A DNA stretch of 61,700 nucleotides. Origin: Methanobacteriota archaeon. Lineage in GTDB: Archaea; Thermoplasmatota; Thermoplasmata; RBG-16-68-12. Position 1 is the stretch's first letter. The number at the start of each line of letters is the position of its first letter. Under the pieces are notes generated by a model that saw nothing but the letters and a program-made list of their open reading frames with translations, did no database searches and was not told where the DNA came from. The stretch covers positions 1-61,700 of the forward strand of contig JAIBJG010000013.1 in the NCBI GenBank assembly GCA_020029475.1, written 5' to 3'. The position numbers and the translations under genes are program-made. Positions 16,869 through 27,058 of the stretch are shown in pieces.

Positions 16869-18035
16869 TCACCGATCGCGGGACGGGGGCCGGGATTCCG
16901 GCGGCCGCGGATCCCCGACGAGCGTGTCGAGCCGGTCCAGGAGCTTCCGGGCTTCCCCATCCAGCCGCTCTGGGGTCACGACGGTGACGTGGACGAGCTC
17001 GTCTCCTCGGCGCCCTGTCTCCAGGTCCGGCAGCCCCTTCCCCCGGAGGCGGAACACGGTACGGGTCTGGGTCCCCGGCGGGATTCTCACCCGCGCGGAC
17101 CCGTCGAGCGTCGGGACCTCGACCTCTCCCCCGAGGGCCGCCCTCGGGAACGAGATCGGCCAGTCCAGGAGGAGGTCCCTTCCTTCCCGCCGGAACCGGG
17201 GATGCTCCCGGGTCCGGACGACGACGTACAGGTCCCCCGGCGGCGCACCGGGGTCTCCGGCGTCCCCCTTCCCGGGGACCCGCAACTGGAGGCCGTCGGG
17301 AGCCCCCGCGGGGATCTCCACGTGCAGGGTCGACGTCGTCTGGATCCGGCCCGCGCCCCGGCACGTCGGACACGCGGCCTCCGGGTACCGGCCCCGCCCC
17401 TGGCACTTCGGGCACGTCGTGATGCTGATGAACTGGGAGAATCCGCGGCTCTGGCTCCGGCTCACCTGGCCCTGGCCGTTGCACTGGGGGCACGTCACGA
17501 GCTTGCCCCCGCGCGCTCCCGTCCCCCCGCACGCATCGCACGGCGCGGACCGGGGGACGCGGATCTCCTCACGGATGCCGTGGACGAGCCCCTCGAGGGG
17601 GACGTCCACCTCGACCTGGAGGTCCTGGCCCCGCCGCGGGCTCCGCCGACGCCCGCCGCGGCCGCCGAGGAGGTCCTCGAACAGGCTCCCGCCGAACGGA
17701 GAGCGGCCGAAGAAGGACTGGAACAGCTCGTCGCCGAAGAGGTCGCGGATGTCCCCGGCGTGGGTGAAGCGGGACCAGTCGAAGTCCTGGCCGCCCCAGA
17801 CCTGCTGCTTCAGGCCGTCGTGGCCGTACGTGTCGTAGATCTTCCGCTTCCCCTCGTCCGCGAGGACCTCGTACGCCTCGGAGAGCTCCTTGAACCGCTC
17901 CTCGGCGACCTTCTTGTCCCCCTTCGCCATGTCGGGGTGGTACTCCTTCGCGAGCCGACGGTACGCCTTCTTGATCTCCTCCGCGCTCGCGGTCTTCGGG
18001 ATCCCGAGGACCTCGTAGTAGTCGCGCTTGCCCAT
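16869..18035 (-). CDS. dnaJ: Molecular chaperone DnaJ
   Basis: J-domain with HPD ([10 protein letters not shown]...EYHPDM), G/F region, four CxxCxGxG zinc repeats, C-terminal domains. Start set at the ATG at 18035. Confidence 0.95.
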   Translation of the reverse strand: MGKRDYYEVLGIPKTASAEEIKKAYRRLAKEYHPDMAKGDKKVAEERFKELSEAYEVLADEGKRKIYDTYGHDGLKQQVWGGQDFDWSRFTHAGDIRDLFGDELFQSFFGRSPFGGSLFEDLLGGRGGRRRSPRRGQDLQVEVDVPLEGLVHGIREEIRVPRSAPCDACGGTGARGGKLVTCPQCNGQGQVSRSQSRGFSQFISITTCPKCQGRGRYPEAACPTCRGAGRIQTTSTLHVEIPAGAPDGLQLRVPGKGDAGDPGAPPGDLYVVVRTREHPRFRREGRDLLLDWPISFPRAALGGEVEVPTLDGSARVRIPPGTQTRTVFRLRGKGLPDLETGRRGDELVHVTVVTPERLDGEARKLLDRLDTLVGDPRPPESRPPSRDR

Positions 18036-18082
18036 CGCGGATTGCGATTCCCGCGCCATGCCTTATGGGTTCCTACCTGTGT

Positions 18083-19954
18083 TTACTTGTCGACTTCCTC
18101 GAAGTCCGCGTCCACGACCTTCGGGCCGCTCGCGCCGCCACCGTCCCCGGAGTCGCCGGAGCCGCCGCCGGACCCGTCCCCCCCGGAGGGCGGCGGGGCT
18201 GCGGCCGCCTGGGACCGCTGGTAGATCTCGATCCCGATCTTCTGGGCCTCCGTGTTCAGCGCGTCGATCGCCTTCCGCAGGGTCGAGAGGTCCTTCGAGT
18301 CGAGCGCCTTCCTCACGTCCTCCACGCGCTCCTGGACGGACTTCTTCGTCGCCTCGGAGATCTTGTCTCCCATCTCGCGGAGCATCTTCTCCGTCGCGTA
18401 GATCAGGGAGTCCGCCTGGTTCCGCGTCTCCACGAGCTCCTTCGCACGGCGGTCGTCCTCCGCGTGGCTTTCCGCGTCCCGCATCGCGCGGTCGATCTGG
18501 TCCTTCGAGAGCCGCTGCGGGGCCATGATCGTCAGCTTCTCGGACTTCCCGGTCCCCTTGTCCGTCGCGGTCACCGTGAGGATCCCGCTCGCGTCGATGT
18601 CGAACGTGACCTCGATCTGCGGCAACCCGCGGGGCGCGGGCGGCAACCCGGTGAGGTAGAACTTCCCCAGGCTGATGTTGTCCGAGGCCATCGACCGCTC
18701 CCCCTGGAGCACGTGGACCTCGACCGTGGACTGGCCGTCCGCGGCGGTCGTGAAGATCTCCGACTTCCGGGTCGGGATCGTCGTGTTCCGCTCGATGAGC
18801 TTGTGGAAGACGCCGCCGAGGGTCTCGACGCCCAGGGACAGCGGGGTGACGTCGAGGAGCAGGATGTCCTTCACCTCGCCGCTCAGGATCCCCGCCTGGA
18901 TTGCGGCGCCGAGGGCGACGCACTGCATCGGGTCGACGCCCCGCTCCGCGGGCCGGCCGAGGATCCTCTCGAACCGCCCCCGCACGACGGGCATCCGCGT
19001 CGGGCCCCCGACGAGGATCACGTGGTTCACGTCGGAATACTTCCAGCCGCCGTCCTTGAACGCCTGCTTGATCGGCCCCTCGAGGCGGGTGAGCACGGGC
19101 TCGACGAGCTCCTCGAGCTTCGCGCGGGTGAGCCGCTTCTCCAGGTGGAGGGGCTTGTCCCCCTTCTGGGTGAGGAACGGCAGGTTGATCGTCGTCTCGA
19201 GCGTGCTGGAGAGCTCGATCTTCGCCTTCTCTCCCCCGTCCCGGATCCGCTGCATCGCCTGGCGGTCCTTGGACACGTCGACACCGGTCTCGGCCCGGAA
19301 CTCGGAGACGAGCCACGTCACGAGGGCGTTGTCCATGTCCATCCCCCCGAGCTGGGTGTCGCCGCTCGTCGAGACGACCTCGAACACTCCGTCCCCCATT
19401 TCCATGAGGGTGACGTCGAACGTCCCGCCCCCGAGGTCGAGGACGCAGATCTTCCCCTCGCCTTTCCTGTCGAGGCCGTACGCGAGGGCGGCCGCCGTGG
19501 GCTCGTTCACGAGCCGCTGGACCTCGAGTCCCGCGATTTTCCCGGCGTCCCGCGTCGCCTGACGCTGGTTGTCGTTGAAGTACGCGGGGACCGTGATCAC
19601 CGCCTGGGTGACCTTGTCCCCGAGGAACGCCTCCGCGTCCGTCTTGATCTTCCGCAGGATCATCGCGCTGATCTCCTGCGGCGTGTACGACTTCCCGTCG
19701 ATCGTGACCTTGAAGTCCGTCCCCATCTTGCGCTTGATCTGCATCACCGTGCGTTCGGGGTTCAGCACGGCCTGCCGCTTCGCGGGTTCGCCGACGAGGA
19801 TCTGCCCGTCCTTCGTGAACGCGACGACGGACGGGAACATCTTCCCGCCGTACGTCGAGCCCTCCGCGCTCGGGATGATCTTCGGCGCCCCGCCCTCCAT
19901 GTAGGCGGCTTCCGAGTTCGTCGTTCCCAGATCGATTCCTATGATCTTAGCCAT
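18083..19954 (-). CDS. dnaK: Molecular chaperone DnaK (Hsp70)
   Basis: [18 protein letters not shown], and full-length Hsp70 architecture. The ATG at 19954 overlaps the grpE stop by 8 nt. Confidence 0.97.
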   Translation of the reverse strand: MAKIIGIDLGTTNSEAAYMEGGAPKIIPSAEGSTYGGKMFPSVVAFTKDGQILVGEPAKRQAVLNPERTVMQIKRKMGTDFKVTIDGKSYTPQEISAMILRKIKTDAEAFLGDKVTQAVITVPAYFNDNQRQATRDAGKIAGLEVQRLVNEPTAAALAYGLDRKGEGKICVLDLGGGTFDVTLMEMGDGVFEVVSTSGDTQLGGMDMDNALVTWLVSEFRAETGVDVSKDRQAMQRIRDGGEKAKIELSSTLETTINLPFLTQKGDKPLHLEKRLTRAKLEELVEPVLTRLEGPIKQAFKDGGWKYSDVNHVILVGGPTRMPVVRGRFERILGRPAERGVDPMQCVALGAAIQAGILSGEVKDILLLDVTPLSLGVETLGGVFHKLIERNTTIPTRKSEIFTTAADGQSTVEVHVLQGERSMASDNISLGKFYLTGLPPAPRGLPQIEVTFDIDASGILTVTATDKGTGKSEKLTIMAPQRLSKDQIDRAMRDAESHAEDDRRAKELVETRNQADSLIYATEKMLREMGDKISEATKKSVQERVEDVRKALDSKDLSTLRKAIDALNTEAQKIGIEIYQRSQAAAAPPPSGGDGSGGGSGDSGDGGGASGPKVVDADFEEVDK

Positions 19955-20486
19955 CTTGATCACCTTCGGATTCCGTGGTCTTGTGCTTCACGACCGCGAC
20001 CCGGGCGGGTCGCAGTACCCTCTTCTGGAACGTGTACCCCTTCTGGACGACCTCCTTCACCTGGCCGTCCGGCAGGGTGTTGTCCTCCACGAGCTGGATG
20101 CACTCGTGGACGAACGGGTCGAAGGGCCGCGCTTCCGCGGGGATCTCCTCCAGACCGGCTTCTCTCAGGGCCTTCACGATGTTCTCCCGGATCATGTCCA
20201 AACCCTTCCCCTCTTTCCCCTTTGCGGATTGGACCGCCGCGTCCATGTCGTCGAGGACGGGGAGGAGTCGCGCGACGAGGGCTTCGTTCGCGTAGAGGAC
20301 CGCCTGGTCCATCTCCCGCGCCGCCCGCTTCCGGGTGTTCTCGAGCTCCGCCTGGAGGTACGCGAGGCGGGTGAGGACCTCCTCGAACCGCTTCTTCGTC
20401 TCCTCGAGCTCCCCCTCGAGCCGGACCGCGTCCGGCGACGCGGCGACCGTCTCCGCCGTTTCGGGGTCCGGGGCCTCGTTCGCCAT
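19947..20486 (-). CDS. grpE: Nucleotide exchange factor GrpE
   Basis: Coiled-coil N-terminus and GrpE C-terminal beta-domain ([13 protein letters not shown]...[20 protein letters not shown]). Start set at the ATG at 20486, 8 nt after the hsp20 stop. Confidence 0.9.
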   Translation of the reverse strand: MANEAPDPETAETVAASPDAVRLEGELEETKKRFEEVLTRLAYLQAELENTRKRAAREMDQAVLYANEALVARLLPVLDDMDAAVQSAKGKEGKGLDMIRENIVKALREAGLEEIPAEARPFDPFVHECIQLVEDNTLPDGQVKEVVQKGYTFQKRVLRPARVAVVKHKTTESEGDQDG

Positions 20487-20494
20487 CGCCCACC

Positions 20495-20920
20495 TCACCG
20501 GATAGGAACGTTCCATTTCCGATCCTTCCTCTCGAGGGACACGTCGAGGACCCCGTTCTTGTACGTCGCCCGGATGATGTCCGTCCTCACGGGCGCGGGA
20601 AGCGGGATCTCCCGGGAGTACGTTCGCCTCGGCGAGTCCGCGCTGACGACGAGGGTCCCCTCCGTCGCTCTCAGGTGGATGTCCTTCCGGGTCACGCCGG
20701 GGAGCTCGATCGTAACGAAGACTGTGTGGATTCCCTCGATCACGTCCGTGACGGGTTCGATCTCTCGGCCATGAAGGTCAAGGCTCACGGCCCCGGGTCC
20801 CAGGCGTGGGATCGGGCCCGTGCCGGGGGGAAGGGGCGCGAAGCGCTCGAGACGCTCGAGGAGCCGCCGGAACGCTTCCGGAACGGAGGGCCACCGGAGG
20901 GCTCCGTCCTCACCGTCCAT
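20495..20920 (-). CDS. Hsp20/alpha-crystallin small heat-shock protein
   Basis: Alpha-crystallin domain (HTVFVTIELPGVTRKDIHLRATEGTLVVSADS...IIRATYKNGVLDVSLER). Confidence 0.85.
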   Translation of the reverse strand: MDGEDGALRWPSVPEAFRRLLERLERFAPLPPGTGPIPRLGPGAVSLDLHGREIEPVTDVIEGIHTVFVTIELPGVTRKDIHLRATEGTLVVSADSPRRTYSREIPLPAPVRTDIIRATYKNGVLDVSLERKDRKWNVPIR

Positions 20921-20945
20921 GGGAATCCCGGGCCCTGCAGGGACC

Positions 20946-22595
20946 CTAGAACTCCTCTCCGTCTCCGCCGCCGTCCTCGCCGCCCTTCGGGCCGCCGGCG
21001 CCCCCGCCGGCCCCGCCCGCCTTCGCGGCGATAACGTCGTCGATCCGGATGATCATCACGGCCGCCTCCGTGGCGGAGGCGATCGCTTGCGCGCCCACGC
21101 GGATCGGCTCCACGACGTTCTCCTTCCGCATGTCGGAGACCTTCCCCGTGAAGACGTTCACGCCGGCGTGCTTGCTGCCTTTCTTGTGCTCCTTGCGGAT
21201 CGCAATCAGGGTGTCGATCGGGTCGAGTCCCGCGTTCTCCGCGAGGGTGCGGGGGATGATCTCGACCGCGTCCGCGAACGCCTCGATCGCGATCTGCTCG
21301 CGGCCGCCGACCGTGGACGCGTAGTCCCGCAGGCCGAGGGCGATCTCCGCGGCAGACGCGCCGCCTCCCGTGATCACCTTGCCGTCCTCGACCGCGCACG
21401 CGACGACGCTGAGGGCGTCCTCGAGGGACCGCTCCACTTCGTCGACGACGTGCTCCGTCCCGCCGCGGATCAGGATCGAGACCGCGTGGGGGTCCTTGCA
21501 ACCCGTCACGAACGTCATCTGGTCGTCCCCGATCTTCTTCTCGTACACGAGCTTCGCATGTCCGAGGTCGTCCTTCGAGAGCTCGTCCAGCTTCGTGACG
21601 AGCTTCCCGCCCGTCGCCTTCGCGAGCTTCTCCATGTCGGACTTCTTCACCCGACGGACCGCGTAGATCCCCGCCTTCGCGAGGAAGTGCTGCGAGAGAT
21701 CGTCGATCCCCTTCTGGCAGAACAGGACGGTCGCGCCGGACTTGTGGACCGTGGCGACCATCCGGCGGAGCATGTTCTCCTCCTCAGAAAGGAACGCCTG
21801 GAGCTGGCTCGGGTCCGTAATCTCGATCTTCGCGTCAATCTCTGTCTTCTTCACCTCGAGGGCGACGTCGATCAAGGCGATCTTCGCGTTCTCGACCTGG
21901 GCGGGCATGCCCGGGTGGACGCGCTCCTTGTCCACGATGACCCCTTCGACGAGCTCCGTGTCCGCGATGGAGCCGCCCTGCTTCTTCGTGATCTGGATGT
22001 CGTCGTCATCGACGTAGTGGGAGCCGTCCGCTCGCTCCTCCGCGACCATCGTGACGGCCTTCACGACGACGTTCGCGAGGAGATCCCGGTGGCCGCTGGA
22101 CGACTTGGAAGCCATCGCGGTGATTGCGACCTTCCGCAGGACGTCCGTGTCCGTCATCGACACCTTCGTGGCGATCTTGTCCAGGACCTCGCGGGCCTTC
22201 TCGCTCGCGAGCCGGTACCCGCCCGCGATCACGGTCGGGTGGATGTTCTGCTCGATCATGTCCTCCGCCTTCTTCAGCAGCTCCCCCGCCAGGATCACGG
22301 CGGTCGTCGTGCCGTCCCCGGCCTCCTCGTCCTGGGTCTTCGCGACCTCGACGAGCATCTTCGCGGCGGGGTGCTCGATGTCCATCTCCTTCAGGATCGT
22401 CACGCCATCGTTCGTGATGACGACGTCCCCGAGGGAGTCGACGAGCATCTTGTCCATCCCCCGCGGGCCGAGAGTGCTCCGGACCGCGTCCGCGACCGCT
22501 TTCGCGGCCGCGATGTTGTTGAACTGGGCCCCTTTGCCCTTCTCCCGGCGCGTCCCTTCCTTCAATACCAAGATCTGCGTTCCTGCAGGCATCAT
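20946..22595 (-). CDS. ths: Thermosome subunit (group II chaperonin)
   Basis: [48 protein letters not shown], and a C-terminal GGAGG-rich tail. GGAGGAG lies 7-8 nt upstream of the ATG ATG. Confidence 0.97.
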   Translation of the reverse strand: MMPAGTQILVLKEGTRREKGKGAQFNNIAAAKAVADAVRSTLGPRGMDKMLVDSLGDVVITNDGVTILKEMDIEHPAAKMLVEVAKTQDEEAGDGTTTAVILAGELLKKAEDMIEQNIHPTVIAGGYRLASEKAREVLDKIATKVSMTDTDVLRKVAITAMASKSSSGHRDLLANVVVKAVTMVAEERADGSHYVDDDDIQITKKQGGSIADTELVEGVIVDKERVHPGMPAQVENAKIALIDVALEVKKTEIDAKIEITDPSQLQAFLSEEENMLRRMVATVHKSGATVLFCQKGIDDLSQHFLAKAGIYAVRRVKKSDMEKLAKATGGKLVTKLDELSKDDLGHAKLVYEKKIGDDQMTFVTGCKDPHAVSILIRGGTEHVVDEVERSLEDALSVVACAVEDGKVITGGGASAAEIALGLRDYASTVGGREQIAIEAFADAVEIIPRTLAENAGLDPIDTLIAIRKEHKKGSKHAGVNVFTGKVSDMRKENVVEPIRVGAQAIASATEAAVMIIRIDDVIAAKAGGAGGGAGGPKGGEDGGGDGEEF

Positions 22596-22642
22596 AAAGC
22601 GACTCCTCCGACGTCTGAGTCGGCCGAACTAAGTAAGGACTT

Positions 22643-22650
22643 CTATATAA
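22643..22650 (-). promoter_or_regulatory. TATA box (TTATATAG on the minus strand) for the thermosome gene
   Basis: The only strongly AT-rich octamer in the 22596..22702 intergenic region. It lies about 50 nt upstream of the ATG, implying a 5' UTR of about 25 nt carrying the SD-like GGAGGAG. Confidence 0.55.
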
Positions 22651-22702
22651 GCATGTCCCTCACCTCGGGAGGGTTCTTTACCCGGGGTTCCCTCGTCCTC
22701 CC

Positions 22703-23494
22703 GTGAAGGCCGTCCTGGAGGGAGCCGCGGACGCGATCCAAGCCGCGATCCGCGGGTTCGCGGGGGACCTCGGGGAGATTGTCGGGAGGGGGGCGACGGG
22801 GGCGGACACCCAGCGGATCGACCTCGTCGCCGAGCGGGCCGCCTTCGCGTTCCTCAGGGACCGGGGCCTCCCATACACGGTCGTGAGCGAGGAAGCGGGG
22901 CGGGTGGACGGGGAGGGCGAGTGGACCCTCGTCCTCGACCCCGTGGACGGCACGCACAACGCGGTTCGGGGGTTTCCCGCGTACGCGGTCTCGATCGCCG
23001 CAGTCCCGCGGGGGAGGCGGGGGAAGGTCGAACGTCTCCGGGATGTCGCCGCCGGACTCGTTCGGGACCTCGTGACAAGCCACACGTACTTCGCGGAGGC
23101 GGGAAAGGGGGCGTCCCTCGACGGGAGGCCGATCCGCGTCCGGAATCCGTTCGCCGCACGGGACACCGTCTTTGACGTGTATCTCGGGGAAAAGGCGCAT
23201 ACGGACGCACTCCTCGTGGCAAACGCCGCACGCCGGGTCCGGAACCTCGGCGCCGCCTCCCTCGATCTGTGCATGGTCGCGAGGGGCGCCGTTGACCTTT
23301 ATTATCTCCATAGCACTGAGGTCGGTCACGAGTTGCGCGCGATGGATGTCGCTGCGGGCGTCCTCATCGTCCGGGAGGCGGGAGGGGAGGTCGTCGGACT
23401 CGACCGGGAGCCCCTCGACATGGACCTCAGCCCGGAGGCCCGGGCGAACGTGATCGCGTACGGGGACTCGCAGATCCTGGGGATGCTCCCATGA
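22703..23494 (+). CDS. suhB: Inositol monophosphatase/FBPase-family phosphatase (SuhB-like, possible NADP phosphatase)
   Basis: VLDPVDGTHNA and MDVAAG (WD-x-AAG-like) IMPase motifs. GTG start. The stop overlaps the NAD kinase start (ATGA). Confidence 0.85.
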   Translation: MKAVLEGAADAIQAAIRGFAGDLGEIVGRGATGADTQRIDLVAERAAFAFLRDRGLPYTVVSEEAGRVDGEGEWTLVLDPVDGTHNAVRGFPAYAVSIAAVPRGRRGKVERLRDVAAGLVRDLVTSHTYFAEAGKGASLDGRPIRVRNPFAARDTVFDVYLGEKAHTDALLVANAARRVRNLGAASLDLCMVARGAVDLYYLHSTEVGHELRAMDVAAGVLIVREAGGEVVGLDREPLDMDLSPEARANVIAYGDSQILGMLP

Positions 23495-24297
23495 GGATCG
23501 GGATCACCGCGAACCCGAAAATCCCGGGGACGATGGAGCTCTGCCTGCGGATCGTGAAGTCCATCGGGAAGGGGCACGAGGTCGTCCTCGAGAAGGAGAT
23601 CGCGGACCAGCTGAAGGCGAAGGGCGTCCCGTTCCAGGGGGAGAGGTTCGACGTGATCCTCGCCGTGGGCGGGGACGGGACAATCCTCCGGGCGTTCCAG
23701 CTCGCGGACGGGGACCTCCTCGGGATCAACAGCGGCTCCCTGGGGTTCCTCGCGGAGATCATGGCGGACGAGGTGGACGCGTACCTTCCGAAGGTCCTCG
23801 CCGGGGAGTACCGCGTGCAGCCCCGGATGCGGGTCCGCGTGAGCGTAGACGGCCGCCGGATGCCGGACTGCCTGAACGAAGGGGTCGTCCACACGGCCCA
23901 CGTCTCGAAGATCCGCGCGTTCCAAATCGAGGTCGACCGCCAGGTCGCGGCGCGGGTCCGAGCGGACGGGATCATCGTCGCGACCCCGACGGGTTCCACG
24001 TCGTACTCGATGTCCGTCGGCGGGCCCATCGTGGACCCCCGGGTGGACGCCCTCATCGTGTCCGCGATCGCCCCGTTCTCGCCGTACTTCCGGCCCATCG
24101 TCTTCCCGCCGAAGAGCACGGTGAAGGTCCGCCTGACGAAGCCGAAGGAATGCCTCCTCGTCCTGGACGGCCAGAAGGAAGTCCCGCTCTCGGGGACCGC
24201 GGACCTCGCGTTCACCGCGAGCGAGAAACCCGCCAGGTTCATCCGGTTCCGCGACGACTTCTACCAGCGCATCGAGCAGAAGCTCGCGAAGCCGTGA
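23491..24297 (+). CDS. nadK: NAD kinase
   Basis: GGDGT motif (ILAVGGDGTILRA), NEGVV, and the ATPTGSTSYSMSVGGPIV conserved block. Confidence 0.92.
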   Translation: MRIGITANPKIPGTMELCLRIVKSIGKGHEVVLEKEIADQLKAKGVPFQGERFDVILAVGGDGTILRAFQLADGDLLGINSGSLGFLAEIMADEVDAYLPKVLAGEYRVQPRMRVRVSVDGRRMPDCLNEGVVHTAHVSKIRAFQIEVDRQVAARVRADGIIVATPTGSTSYSMSVGGPIVDPRVDALIVSAIAPFSPYFRPIVFPPKSTVKVRLTKPKECLLVLDGQKEVPLSGTADLAFTASEKPARFIRFRDDFYQRIEQKLAKP

Positions 24298-24304
24298 GGA
24301 CGAA

Positions 24305-24688
24305 ATGCCCGCCTTCCAGCGCCCGACCGCGATCCGGCGGAAGACCCTGCGGATGATCCTCGGCGCGTCGAAGGACGCATACCCGAACGAGTTCGGGGCG
24401 ATCCTCCGGGCGGAGAACGGCGTGATCACGGAGCTCCTCCTGATCCCCGGGACGATCGGGGGGAACCGCCACGCGATCTTCCGGCTGCACAACATGCCTC
24501 CGGACTTTAGCGTCGTGGGCACCGTCCACAGCCACCCGAGCGGGGCGTTCCACCCGTCGGATGAGGACCGGCACTTCTTCTCGAAGTTCGGAGGCGTCCA
24601 CATCATCGCGGGGAAGCCGTACGACGAGACCACGTGGGCCGCGTGGGACAACACGGGGCGTCCCGTGACGCTCGAGGTCGTACCCTAG
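24305..24688 (+). CDS. JAB/MPN (JAMM) domain metalloprotease
   Basis: NEFGAIL (Glu) plus HSHPSGAFHPSDED (HxHx7Sx2D JAMM motif). Confidence 0.85.
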   Translation: MPAFQRPTAIRRKTLRMILGASKDAYPNEFGAILRAENGVITELLLIPGTIGGNRHAIFRLHNMPPDFSVVGTVHSHPSGAFHPSDEDRHFFSKFGGVHIIAGKPYDETTWAAWDNTGRPVTLEVVP

Positions 24689-25827
24689 GGAGACTCCCCC
24701 TGCCCGACGAGATCCCGGTACACCTGCTCGATCTGGTCCACGACGGTCCGGACGGAGAAGTTCCTCTCCACGGTCTCCCGCCCCGCCCGCCCCATCGCGG
24801 ATCGCTTGCGGTCGTCCGCGAGGAGGATCCGGATCTTGCCCGCCACGCTCTCAGGGTCCACGGGGTCCGCGAGGAGCCCCTCCTTCCCGTCCGCGATCAC
24901 CTCTCGGACGCCGGGGATGTCGCTGACGACGACGGGCTTCCCGGACGCCATCGCCTCGAGGGCGACGATCCCGAACGCCTCCAGGCGGGAGACGGATGGC
25001 AGGACGAACACGTCACACGCCGCGAAGTAGGAGGGCAGGTCCTCCCCGGAGACCTGGCCCGTGAAGATGACCCGCCCCGCGACCCCGAGGCGAGCGGCGA
25101 CGCGGCGGAGGGAGTCGAGCTCTGGACCCCCGCCGACGAGGAGGAACTTCGCGTAGGCGACGGACCTCGCGGCCTCGATGAGGGTCTCGATGCCCTTGTG
25201 CGCGACCATCCGGCCGACAAACAGGACGACCGATTCTCCCTCGCGTATCCCGTGGCGGGCGCGAATCGCGCTCCCGTCATTCTCCGGACGATACCGCTCC
25301 AGGTCGACCGCGTTCGGGATCACTGCGGGACGATACGCCCACACCGCGCGGCTCGTCGCCGCGTACGTCGCGGTCGTCACGATGATCCGGTCCGCCCGGC
25401 GAATCGTCGAGTATCCCAGGGTATGGCGGTACACGGGCTCGACGAGGGGGCCGAACACAGAGGGGGCCTCGATGTCGCAGTGGTACGTGATCACGAACGG
25501 GAGGCGCAGCCGGGAACTCGCCCTCGCGGCGTAATACGACGTGAGGGGCGGTGGAGAGTGGGCGTGGACCACCTCCGCCTCCATGGAGGCGAGCGCGGCC
25601 TTCGTTGCGGGAGCGATCGGCGTGCGGAGCCAGACCGCGCGGGTCTTCACGCGCCGGACGTGGATCCCGTTGAGATCCTCCCTTTCGGGCAGACCGCGGT
25701 CCGCCCGGCTCGTGAGGACGGTCACCTCGTGCCTGCGGCGGACGAGCTCCGAGGACAGCGTGGCGACGTGGGTCTCGACGCCCCCGACGTACGGCTCGAA
25801 CCAGGGGCACACTTGGACGATCCGCAT
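24685..25827 (-). CDS. Glycosyltransferase, GT4 (GT-B) family
   Basis: MRIVQVCPWFEPYVGGVETHV N-terminus and a C-terminal EAFGIVALEAMASGKPVV E-x7-E-type block. Confidence 0.88.
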   Translation of the reverse strand: MRIVQVCPWFEPYVGGVETHVATLSSELVRRRHEVTVLTSRADRGLPEREDLNGIHVRRVKTRAVWLRTPIAPATKAALASMEAEVVHAHSPPPLTSYYAARASSRLRLPFVITYHCDIEAPSVFGPLVEPVYRHTLGYSTIRRADRIIVTTATYAATSRAVWAYRPAVIPNAVDLERYRPENDGSAIRARHGIREGESVVLFVGRMVAHKGIETLIEAARSVAYAKFLLVGGGPELDSLRRVAARLGVAGRVIFTGQVSGEDLPSYFAACDVFVLPSVSRLEAFGIVALEAMASGKPVVVSDIPGVREVIADGKEGLLADPVDPESVAGKIRILLADDRKRSAMGRAGRETVERNFSVRTVVDQIEQVYRDLVGQGESP

Positions 25828-25831
25828 GGAA

Positions 25832-27058
25832 TCAGTAGATCCGGCTGCGAGGCGCGATGACCCCCCGGGCGACCGCGCCGGGCCCGATGAACGTCTCTTC
25901 CCCGATGATCGTCCCGACGTCGATTGACGCGTTGATCCCCGTCTTCACGTCGTCCCCCATGATCACTCCGAGCTTCCGGAGTCCCGTATCGATCATCGCG
26001 CCGCGCCACGACACCTTCACGTTCTCCTCGTCGAGCCGGAGGTTCGCGACCTTCGTCCCTGCCCCGAGGTTGCACCGCTCCCCGAGAATCGAGTCCCCGA
26101 CGTAGTTCTGGTGCGGTACGTGGGTGCCGTCCATCAGGATGCTGTTCTTCACCTCGCACGCGTTCCCGACCTTGCACTTCCGCCCGATCGTCGTCGCGGG
26201 GCGGATGAAGCAGTTCGGTCCGATCTCCGAATCCCTCCCGATGAACGTCGGGCCCTGGACGTACGCACCGTCGAGGACCTTGGCGCCCGACTCGACGACG
26301 ACCTCGCCGACGAGGCTCGCGCCCTTCGCCACCTCGCCGTCGATCCGGCCCTTCAGGCCCCGCATCAGGATCGCGTTCGCCTCGAGGAGGTCCCACGGCC
26401 GACCCACGTCGATCCACGGGTCCGGGAGCCGGTACGCGAACACGTCCCGGTTCTCCATGAGGAGGCGAATCGTGTCCGTGATCTCGTACTCCCCGCGCGG
26501 GGACTTTGTGGTGCGGTCGATGAACGAGAAGATGTCCGCGGGGAACAGGTACACGCCTGCGTTGATCAGCTTCGACTTCGGGGCCTTCGGCTTCTCCTCG
26601 AGCCCGACGACCCGGTCTCCCTCGATCTCCACGACCCCGAACGCGGCGGGGTTCCCGACCTCCGCGACCGCCATCACGGGTCCCTTCACTTTCCTGTGGA
26701 ACTCCAGGAGGCCCTTCACGGCCTTCGCGGAGAACACGACGTCCCCATTTACGCTCAGGAAGTCGCCCGAGACGTGATCGCGCGCCATCCCGATCGCGTG
26801 GGCGGTGCCGAGCCGCTCCGCCTGCTCTTCGTACGACAGCTTCACGCCGAAGGCGTCCCCGCGCCCGAAGTACTCCTTCACACGGCGGCCCTGCCACCCG
26901 ATGAGCACGGCGAGCTCCGTGACCCCCGCATCCCGGAGGGCCTCGACGGTGTGCGCGAGGAACGGCTTCCCCGCCACGGGGAGAAGCGGCTTCGGAAGGT
27001 TCGCGGTGAGGGGGCGCATCCGCGTGCCCTCCCCCGCGCTCAGGATCCACGCCTTCAT
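25832..27058 (-). CDS. glmU: Bifunctional sugar-1-phosphate nucleotidyltransferase/acetyltransferase (archaeal GlmU-like)
   Basis: ILSAGEGTRMRPLTANLPKPLLPV nucleotidyltransferase signature plus C-terminal left-handed beta-helix hexapeptide repeats. The ATG at 27058 overlaps the upstream stop (ATGA). Confidence 0.85.
   Translation of the reverse strand: MKAWILSAGEGTRMRPLTANLPKPLLPVAGKPFLAHTVEALRDAGVTELAVLIGWQGRRVKEYFGRGDAFGVKLSYEEQAERLGTAHAIGMARDHVSGDFLSVNGDVVFSAKAVKGLLEFHRKVKGPVMAVAEVGNPAAFGVVEIEGDRVVGLEEKPKAPKSKLINAGVYLFPADIFSFIDRTTKSPRGEYEITDTIRLLMENRDVFAYRLPDPWIDVGRPWDLLEANAILMRGLKGRIDGEVAKGASLVGEVVVESGAKVLDGAYVQGPTFIGRDSEIGPNCFIRPATTIGRKCKVGNACEVKNSILMDGTHVPHQNYVGDSILGERCNLGAGTKVANLRLDEENVKVSWRGAMIDTGLRKLGVIMGDDVKTGINASIDVGTIIGEETFIGPGAVARGVIAPRSRIY

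Noticed and set aside
18065-20374. 769-aa plus-strand ORF and 417-aa minus ORF (18063..19316) across dnaK/grpE
   Set aside because: Antisense or off-frame artefacts of a high-GC gene. No motifs and biased composition.
20933-20942. 10-nt palindrome CCCTGCAGGG between the thermosome and hsp20 genes
   Set aside because: It is too short (3-4 bp stem with a 4-nt loop) to call a terminator or operator. It also contains a PstI-like site, which is common by chance in GC-rich DNA.
22653-22706. 17-codon ORF (MSLTSGGFFTRGSLVLP) whose TGA overlaps the suhB GTG start
   Set aside because: Its ATG begins 2 nt after the TATA box, so it would lie upstream of any transcript initiated from that promoter. No paralog was found. 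It is probably coincidental.
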